From Sphagnum compactum (taxonomy: Eukaryota): a DNA stretch of 64,000 nucleotides. The position numbers and the translations under genes are program-made. Below are positions 54,701-64,000 of this stretch, in pieces. The stretch spans positions 25,162,213-25,226,212 of the forward strand of contig OZ234493.1 in assembly GCA_965153455.1 (NCBI GenBank), in the 5' to 3' direction. The notes under the pieces are model-generated. The model had not been told where the DNA came from, did no database searches, and saw only the letters and a list, made by a program, of their open reading frames with translations. Every line of letters starts with the position of its first letter. Positions within the stretch are counted from its first letter, which is position 1.

Positions 54701-56309
54701 ACGTTATGTTATAAATTTTAGGTCATAACACACTTGATGTGTATCGCATATGCAATGTCATATATATTGGTTATCAAATAAGAAAAATAAAATATAAATG
54801 ACGTTTGTTTTGTGAATTTTGATAGAAAAATATATTACTTCCACCTTTGCCATGTCATGAGGTGGTGTTGATTGACAAAGCAAAAGATATAAACATCTTG
54901 TTACAAAAGGAAACTATTGTTGGTTTGGTTGGAATGGGGGGAATTGGGAAAACCACTTTGAGCAAAAAGTTCTATCATTTGTTCCACAACCAATATGACA
55001 AATCTAGCTTTTTGGAGGATGTGAATTCAAAGGACAATATCAATGATGTCATAAAACAACTCCTACATGATTTGTGTGACAAAAGAATATCCAAGGATGA
55101 AAATGTGAACAAAGAAGACTTTGAAAAAATTAGGCAATGTATGATATCAGAGAAAGTGTTAGTGGTGGTGGATGATGTTGGTAAAGTGGAGAACCTTACG
55201 TCCTTGCCAATTTTCATTGATAAGGCTGCTAGGAATGCAGCTTCTAAAAGTAGAATACTTGTGAATTGTCGAAATTGGCAAAGTCTAAAATCTCACGTAA
55301 GTGAAGATGGAAAAATGATCATGAAAACTTTGGAAGAAGAGCAAGCAATGGAACTTTTTATGTTCCATGCATTCGGTAATGCAAATCACCTTCCAACAAA
55401 ATATTTCAAAGATATATGTAACGAGATTATAAAAGCTTGTGGAGGGCTCCCTTTAAGTCTTAAAGTATTGGGTTCTTTTTTGTGCGATATTAAAGAATTC
55501 GAAATCTGGGAAGGCGCATTGAACAAATTGAAAAGTGGGCAAAGTTTCACCGGGGGCAATGATAATGAAAAACTTTGGAGTAAATTAAAGATTTCTTATG
55601 AGTATTTGGATAAGGAACATCAAAACATGTTTTTGGATATTGCTTGTTTATTTGGTGGTATGAAAATAAGGACAATTTGTCGAGCGTGGAATGGAGATTA
55701 TTTTCACCCAAAATTTGCATTGCAAAATTTAGAACATAGATCTTTAATCCAACGCGGAGAAGGTGGAATCTTGTACATACATGAACAATTCCGAGACATG
55801 GGTCAAAATATTGCAATGGAACTTCCAATTATGAATCGATTTATATGGAAAGCAAATGAGTCAAATTTCGTTTTACAAAACAATGAAGTTATCACCATAT
55901 TATTTCAATCTTATAATTTTATTTCGATTTCCTATGAATTTGTTTAATGTCCAAAAATAAATGTTTTAACTTTGAATCTTGATTTTATGAATAATGTTTG
56001 TAATAAAAATTAAGAATAAGATGATTTTTTTTTAATATATTAATAATCCTTTTGTTTTCATTTCATGTGATAGGTGGTGGAAATTTTAGAAGGCATCTCA
56101 TTGAAAAAATGTGTCAATTTGGCTACATTGTCCCAAATCGGCTCCAAGGGATTTTGCAAGCTTAGGTTGGTTGACTTAACAGAAGCTTCATCAACTATTG
56201 TGGAAAATTGCATTCGAGGGCGAAATTTGAATAATGTTAAGTGGTTGTGCCTCAAAAATTGCATGATTTGAAAGTTGCCAAGTAATTTGTTTGATTGTTT
56301 ACAATTACA

Positions 56310-59283
56310 AGTACTTGATTTGTTAGGGTGTTCCACCTTGAAAAAATTACCTTCATCTATTGGCCAATTGAATGCACTCGAAGAGCTTGATTTGTCAAGG
56401 TGTTCCAATTTGAAGGAACAACCTTCATCTATTGGCCAATTGAATGCACTCCAAGAGCTTCATTTGTCAGGGTGGTCCAAGTTGAAAAAACTACCTTCAT
56501 CTATTGGCCAATTGAATGCTCTCCAAGAGCTTCATTTAAAAGGGTGTTCCAACTTGAAAAAACTACCTTCATCTATTGGCCAATTGAATGCACTCCAAAA
56601 GCTTCATTTAAAATGGTGTTCCAACTTGAAAGAACTACCTTCATCTATTGGCCAATTGAATGCACTCCAAAAGCTTCATTTAAAATGGTGTTCCAACTTG
56701 AAAGAACTACCTTCATCTATTGGCCAATTGAATGCACTCGAAGAGCTTGATTTGTGGGGGTGTTCCAACTTGAAAGAACTACCTTCATCTATTGGCCAAT
56801 TGAATGCACTACAAGAGCTTGATTTGTGGGGGTGTTCCAACTTGAAAGAACTACCTTCATCTATTGGCCAATTGAATGCACTCCAAGAGCTTAATTTATA
56901 TGGGTGTTCCAACTTGAAAGAACTACCTTCATCTATTGGCCAATTGAGTGCACTTCAAGGGCTTTATTGTCAAGGTGTTCCAACTTGAAAGAACTACCTT
57001 CATCTATTAGCCAATTGAATGCACTCCAAGAGCTTTCTTTGTGCGAGTGTTCCAACTTGAAAGAACTACCTTCATCTATTGGCCAATTGAATGCACTCCA
57101 AGAGCTTAATTTGTCAAGGTCTTCCAACTTGAAAGAACTACCTTGATCTATTGGCCAATTAAGTGCACTCCGAGAGCTTAATTTGTGCGGGTGTTCCAAC
57201 TTGAAAGAACTACCTTCATCTATTGGCCAATTGAATGCACTCGAAGAGCTTGATTTGTGGGGGTGTTCCAACTTGAAAGAACTACCTTCATCTATTGGCC
57301 AATTGAATGCACTGCAAAAGCTTGATTTGTGGGAGTGTTCCAACTTGAAAGAACTACCTTCATCTATTGGTCAATTGAATGCACTCCGAGAGCTTTATTT
57401 GAAAGGGTGTTCCAACTTGAAAGAACTACCTTCATCTATTGGCCAATTGAGTGCACTCCAAGAGCTTTATTTGGGAGGGTGTTCCAACTTGAAAGAACTA
57501 CCTTCATCTATTGGCCAATTGAGTGCATTCCAAGAACTTTATTTGTCAGGGTGTTCCAACTTGAAAGAACTACCTTCATCTATTAGCCAATTGAGTGCAC
57601 TCCAAGTGCTTTATTTGTCAGGGTGTTCCAACTTGAAAGAACTACCTTCATCTATTGGCCAATTGAATGCACTTCGAGAGCTTAATTTGTCAAGGTGTTC
57701 CAACTTGAAAGAATTACCTTCATCTATTGGTCAATTGAGTGCACTCCAAAAGCTTTATTTGGGAGGGTGTTCCAACTTGAAAGAACTACCTTCATCTATT
57801 GGCCAATTGAGTGCACTCCAAGAACTTTATTTGGGAGGGTGTTCCAACTTGAAAGAACTACCTTCATCTATTGGCCAATTGAATGCACACCAAAAGCTTT
57901 ATTTAGATGGGTGTCCCAACTTGAAAGAACTACCTTCATCTATTGGTCAATTAAATGCACTCCAAAAGCTTTATTTGAAAGGGTGTTCCAACTTGAAAGA
58001 ACTACCTTCATCTATTGGCCAATTGAGTGCACTCCAAGAGCTTTATTTGAGAGGGTGTTCCAACTTGAAAGAACTACCTTCATCTATTGGCCAATTGAGT
58101 GCACTCCAAGAACTTTATTTGTCATGGTGTTCCAACTTGAAAGAACTACCTTCATCTATTGGCCAATTGAATGCACTCCAAAAGCTTTATTTAGATGGGT
58201 GTCCTAACTTGAAAGAACTACCTTCATATATTGGCCAATTGAATGCACTCCAAAAGCTTTATTTGTCAGGGTGTTCCAACTTGAAAGAACTACCTTCATC
58301 TATTGGCCAATTGAATGCACTCCAAGAGCTTGATTTGTGGGGGTGTTTCAACTTGAAAAAATTACCTTCATCTATTGGCCAATTGAATGCACTCCAAAAA
58401 CTTTATTTGGGAGGGTGTTCCAACTTGAAAGAATTACCTTCATCTATTGGCCAAATGAATGCACTCCAAGGGCTTTATTTGTGGAAGTGTTCCAACTTGA
58501 AAGAACTACGTTCATCTATTGGCCAATAGATGCACTCCAAAAGCTTTATTTAAAAGGGTGTTCGGATTTGAAAGAACTACCTTCATCTATTGGCTAATCG
58601 AATGCACTCTAAAAGCTTTATTTATATGGGTGTTCCGATTTGAAATAACTACCTTCATCTATTGGCCAATTGAATGCACTCCAAAAGCTTTATTTAAAAG
58701 GGTGTTTCAACTTGAAAGAATTACCTTCATATATTGGCCAATCGAATGCACTCTAAAAACTTTATTTATATGGGTGTTCCAACTTGAAAGAACTACCTTC
58801 ATCTATTGGCCAATTGAATGCACTCGAAGAGCTTTATTTAAAATGGTGTTCCGATTTGAAAGAACTACCTTCATCTATTAGCCAATTGAATGCACTTTAA
58901 GCGTTTTATTTAGAAGGGTGTTTCAACTTGAAAGAATTATCTTCAACTATTGGCGAATTGAATGCACTTTAAAAGCTTGATTTAAAAGGGTGTTCCAACT
59001 TGAAAGAACTACCTTCATTTATTGGCCAATTGAATGCAGTCGAAGAGCTTGATTTGTCAAGGTGTCCGACTTGAAACAAATACCTTCATCTATTGTCAAT
59101 TGAATGCACTCCAAAAGCTTTATTTGTGAAAGTGTTCCAACTTGAAAGAATTACCTTCATCTATTGGCCAATTGAATTCACTACAAGAGCTTTATTTAAA
59201 AGGGTGTTCCAACTTGAAAGAACTACTTTCATCTATTGGCAATCAAATGCACTCCAAAAGCTTTATTTATGAAAGTGTTCCAA
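56310..59283 (+). repeat. 72-bp (24-codon) LRR-coding tandem array, 41 units
   Basis: Core TGTTCCAACTTGAAAGAACTACCTTCATCTATTGGCCAATTGAATGCACTC every 72 bp (71 at frameshifts), from ~56352 to ~59228; consensus LxLxxCSNLKELPSSIGQLNALQE. Confidence 0.97.
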
Positions 59284-59409
59284 TTACTATATTGGTATAT
59301 GTCGAAAACATTTTTCAATTAGTTGGTCAATTACCGAATATTCTCAACATCAACAATGTCTCCAAGTTGAACACTCAACTATGTTGATAAACAATGTGAA
59401 ACATGTTTT

Positions 59410-60610
59410 CACAAAAGTTTTTTCTTTGGCTTTCCCAAGTTACATGTTGGAGTTTGATTTTCTTTACTTTTTAAATTTGTTTGGGTGTTGACAATTTTTC
59501 GTGACCCATACAACCACCATAGCTTATTGTCCTCACAAAGCATCAGGAGAAGGAGGTCTAGTTCAGATTTGAACTCCCAACCAACAGCTTCGCAACCATA
59601 CCCTTTAGCCACTAGGGTACCTGAATGTCCTCAATCATTCACAAGCTTCATTGTCATACATTTTCACTTTGCCTACTTTCCAGTTTGTTTGTTTAGATAA
59701 AAACAATGTGAAAAGATGTTTAAAACAATAGGAAATGGGAGTCATCATTATAGCCTCTTACATTAGGCCAACAATTCACTTGTTATAACAAGTAGAATTG
59801 GTGAAAGGGACATTTGTTAATCAGCATCGACTAAGAATATATTGAACTGTAAGGATTGGAACTTTCATATATAGATTATGAGTTAAGTTCAATGTGTAAT
59901 CCCCCAACAACCTAAGGCAAATTATTAAAATGCTCTTGGACATTCTTATTGGGTTTGTGTCCCAATTCCTTAGGGGTGAGAGGCCTTAGTGGCCCAAATG
60001 TCCGGGAAAATGTCATGAAATACAAATGAACCAAACTAAATGGCTTAGTTAATCAACCCAAACTTGAAAAAAACCAATTCTTAGAATTAACCTTTATTGA
60101 TTAGCATATGTTCCACCTACTATGTAACAATACTTACTTAATTGAACTATGTTTTGAAACTTTGAGGTCTATGACACATGTGAATGATCTTCATTTACTA
60201 GTCATGCAAGATTAAACCGGGCATTCTCCAATTCATCTATTATTGTTTTCTTGTTAAACTTAATATTTTTAGTTAATTATTATTTTTATCTAATTACTAT
60301 AATTTGTATATTACAATTCTCTAATTTAATGTATAGTGATAATTTTCAAGAGATGTTTGAAGCATTGAATGCACTCCAAGTGTTTGATTTGAACGGTTGT
60401 TCCAACTTGAAAAAACTACCTTGATCTATTGGCCAACTGAATGCACTCCAAAGCTTCATTTGTGAAAGTGTTCCAATTTTTATATTGGTATATAGTTCAA
60501 AACATTTTTCAACTCGGTGGTCAATTACCGAATATTCCCGACATCAACAATGTCTCCAAGTTGAACACCCAACTATGTTGATAAACAATGTGAAACATGT
60601 TTCAACAAAA
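59410..60610 (+). pseudogene. HNL copy 2, internally deleted: 5' exon/intron region fused directly to the last LRR units and tail
   Basis: 59410-60360 parallels 51690-52547 (same peptide LTIFRDPYNHHSLLSSQSI.RRRSSSDLNSQ); 60363-60610 parallels the last ~1.5 LRRs plus the 59288-59410 tail. Confidence 0.85.
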
Positions 60611-62009
60611 GAGCCATTTTCAAAACATTTTTGGCATCTAAGGTTCTTTAGTTGGCATATAGTCAAAACATTGACTAATGTTCAACCATTTTGGTGACAC
60701 CGTCAACACATATATGGATGATAAAATGTATTAAAAGACGAATGAAATGTAGTCTTATTTGCAACTTTGTTGCAATTATCTATTTCAACTAGGTTAAACA
60801 ACTAGTAGGCAACTTTAATTTTAATATTTATTTAAAATCATGATAACGTTAACTTACTTGTAAATTTTATTTATATAAATGAATGATTTTTTTGTGCATA
60901 TAAATATTAAACTTTAATTTCAAAATAAAATTTAAGGAAAATTTAAAATATATGTTAGTAATAATGTTTATATTCAATACACATATAATTTATTATTTTA
61001 TGTATATCATTACAACATATCAAGTAATGATACATAACTAATAATATTGTGCAACTCTAATGTTTATTCAATTTTATATACATGATATCTTAATATTTGT
61101 TTAAAATCATGATAAAAATTCATTAAACACTAATGTACCCTATGTCATTGGCCCAAGTTTGAATGCATTCAATTGAATTTTCCTTCCTAACCCCTTTTTG
61201 CAATTTGTTTGAATTTCTAACAACAATACCCAGTAATATTTCAATAATATAGTTCACATTTTAGGTCCCAAAATTATGGAATCAACATTATTAAATCAAA
61301 CTTGGTGAGGGCTTTCCAATAATAGCAAGAACGCCCCCATATTTCAACATAGTTGTCAATATTGGTTTTTGTAAAAATTCAATGATCGATAATCGATAAA
61401 TTCCACACCATAATTCTAAACATTTAAAACCAAGTTGGTGCACCCCTATTCATTGAAAACTTTATGATGATATGTCCCATAGCATAACTTAAAATGCTAT
61501 GGTTTGGGAGATATCATTATGACAAAACACATCAAACTACCTTCCTTCATGGATAAATAACGTAACATGTGTTGTTGGCCGCAAGTGTGAACACACTCAA
61601 CTTATTTTCCCTTCTAAACCCATTTTTTAGTAATTTGATTGAATTTTCAACAACAAAATTCATTCAAAATTCAATATTTTCCACACCTTAAATATGAAAA
61701 TTATTGAATAAAATTCATAAAATTCGGCTCAACAATTATTTTCCAATAACACCAAGTAAACCTTTGGATTCAAATACACTTTTTATTTATGATTTTATTA
61801 ATGTTTACTAAGAAAATGATTCCATAATCCATAACCTTTGCATCGTAACTCCAAAAAATTTCAACCCAAGTTAGTGCACCCTACTCATTGTTAGGTTTCA
61901 AAGATATTAATAGCATTGCTGAAGCAATTTAGTTTAGGAAATTTCAACATAATAAAACAAAACAAAACAAATTATCTACCTTCATAAATAGATTAAATTA
62001 CATGTAATC

Positions 62010-64000
62010 GGCATATGTTCCACCTCCTATGTAACAATATTTACTTAATTGAACTATGTTTTGAAACTTGGAGGTTTATGACACATGTGAATGATCTTCA
62101 TTTGTTAGTCATGCAAGATAGATTTGGCATTCTCCAATTCGTCTCTTATTGTCTTTTTGTGAAACTTAATATTTTCAATTAATTATTGCTTTTATCTAAC
62201 TACTATAATTTATATATTTCTTTAATTTAATGTATAGTCAAATAATTTTCAAGAGTTGTTTGAAGAATTGTGTTGACTCTTTTTCAATTTTTTTGCAGAA
62301 ATATCTAGTGCACGATTTAAATCCCACTTGTAATTCCAATAATCCAAACTTGACCATCGTTTTTTTTCATGGGATTGCTTTTGGCACGAATGATGAATGG
62401 AAGGAAACATGGACAACATGCCCCGCCAACAATAGAGAACAGTGCATATGTTGGCCTAAAAAGTGGCTACCCGAGGACTTGAACAACAATGTTCGAATTC
62501 TATCATTGTCTTATGACTCTAACATTGGTAAGAACCTCATTCAAAGTTTGGTTCCAAATTCCAGGTGTGACAATCTCCTCTATCGATGGACACATAAATT
62601 ACTTTTCCTTATGTACATTAAAAATTATTGTTTAGATCTTTAGAATTTCTTAAACATTTTGCAAGAATTAATTGTTCATGTGTGCTAGTATTGTGAAACA
62701 CACAAACAAGTTTCAATTTATTTGAATTGTTAGATTCATGTAAAAGAACATAAAACGGGGCTTAAATGCAAATGTTCTTGTTTGAGGATAATAACAAAGT
62801 CTATGTTCATATTATAAATTCATGGTACAACTAGTTTGGTTTTGATGGCAATGTTTTAGTTCCAACTTTTGGAACTTTATCTTTGGTAATGGAATTATAC
62901 TATATTATATTAATACATGTGTAGAAAATTTGCATCCATTTCATTGCAAAAGTTTTTTAAAAAAATAGTGTATCTTTTTTTAATTAAAATTTCTTTTTAT
63001 TTCAATGGTATTTCCAAGGTAACACATAGAAGATGAGTTGTGCATTAACACAAGAATGTACACACCTACATACTTGTACATTATAATTGTTTTATCAAAA
63101 CATGGTTGTCACATTTTTTAGGTAGATTAATGGAATCAATAAATGACAAATGACAAGCAAATCGATTAAGAACTTATGGTTTAGGTCATGTGTGAATTGA
63201 AAAATTGCCCCAAGTATAATAGGATAAATGTTTACATGTTTATACAATGTTGATAATGGAATTTTGGTGCATTGTTGAATATTTTGTAGTTATCGATCCC
63301 TTTGGGATGGACCGGTGGCATTAATTGCTTATAATTTTGGAGGTCTTATACTCAAAAGCTTGGTGGTTGAAGTTCACAAACATGTACATTAGAGGCCAAA
63401 AAATAGTTTAGATTATCAAATCCACAAATGTTGTCACACATTTTTGAACAATGTTAAAGGTGTAGTATTTTATGGTGTACCACATGCTGGTGGTACCCAA
63501 TATTTATCAAATTATTTCACTTGGCAACATCAAGAAATCAACACACTGAACAAGTGTGCAACCCAATTTGGTTTTTTAAAAAGTTTACAATCATTCAACC
63601 TACAAATGGAACACCTTTCAATAGATTTTAAAAATGTTATTCATGAAAACCGCGACATTTATGCATTTGGCGAAGGATTACCAATTGATGAGAATTGGGT
63701 CAAATTTTCATTTCACCACATTGAAAGTTATCCAACTAAGTTCAGTAGTTGAACATTTTTTGTATTGTCAAAACTTGTGTGGGATCATGTACTCAGTACT
63801 TTTGAATACATTAATGTGATGAATGGGTCATGTGTTTTATGAACCTTGTTTCCTAAATTACTATTGATGGAAAAAAAATTTGATTGACTTCAAACATCAG
63901 GAAATAGGGTTTAAATTTCCTTTCATCAAATTAATTCCATATAAATATTTGTGAGGAAAATCATATCATCATTAAAATATGTACGATTAATGAGAATAAA
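62010..64000 (+). pseudogene. HNL copy 3, 5'-truncated, running off the window; hydrolase exons ~62299-62564 and ~63289-63699
   Basis: Parallels 52382-54310 including introns: KYLVHDLNPTC..FFHGIAFG..WPKKWLPEDL, an in-frame 33-nt deletion, IAYNFGG and an in-frame TAG at ~63390. Confidence 0.88.

Larger units (their letters stand above)
51342..59390 (+). pseudogene. alpha/beta-hydrolase-NB-ARC-LRR (HNL-type NLR) pseudogene, copy 1; hydrolase exons 52583-52881, 53602-54010, 54516-54658; NB-ARC exon 54826-55887; LRR exon from 56074
   Basis: Hydrolase (SERAC1/PGAP1-like): IVFFH.IAFG, CWPEKWLPEDL, VRILSLSYDS, IAYSFGGLILK, FYGVPHVG, DANHLTICKP. NB-ARC: GMGGIGKT, VLVVVDDV, SRILVNCR, CGGLPL, FLDIACLF, IHEQ. 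Lesions: acceptor AG>AA at 52582, TAG 54008-54010, TAA 54633-54635, TGA 56269-56271, frameshift ~56968, TGA 57144-57146 and more from 58527 onward. Confidence 0.92.

Noticed and set aside
56058-58881. Alternative-frame and antisense ORFs (MFQLERTTFIYWPIEC..., MEHPYKLSS...)
   Set aside because: Shadows of the 72-bp LRR periodicity.
56310-59283. CRISPR-like appearance (constant ~50-bp repeat with a palindrome plus ~20-bp variable segment)
   Set aside because: The period is exactly 24 codons and encodes LRRs downstream of an NB-ARC; the variable parts are homologous to each other, the context is eukaryotic and there are no cas genes.
3445-59390. Functional immune cluster linking LSD1 with the HNL locus
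   Set aside because: They are ~47 kb apart with unrelated genes and TEs between them; proximity alone is not evidence.

Overview
AT-rich eukaryotic (land-plant) genomic DNA with GT-AG introns, most consistent with a moss. Sphagnum-like is an inference from the repeat landscape and the hydrolase-type NLR. Three genes look intact: an LSD1-type zinc-finger gene (- strand, intron-free CDS, apparently several 3'-UTR introns), an 8-exon ORANGE (OR) DnaJ-type zinc-finger chaperone (+) and a DUF538 gene (-). The last 13 kb is a decaying tandem locus of alpha/beta-hydrolase-NB-ARC-LRR (HNL) immune receptors. It holds one full-length pseudogene whose LRR is a 41-unit, 72-bp minisatellite-like array with variation focused on a few codons, one internally deleted copy and one 5'-truncated copy. 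Intergenic DNA holds a split Ty3/gypsy relic whose integrase ends in a PHD finger, a Ty1/copia RT-RNaseH relic, a CACTA-like insertion in a satellite, several MITEs/foldbacks and tandem repeats. No rRNA, tRNA or CRISPR array was seen. All calls were made by eye without database searches.
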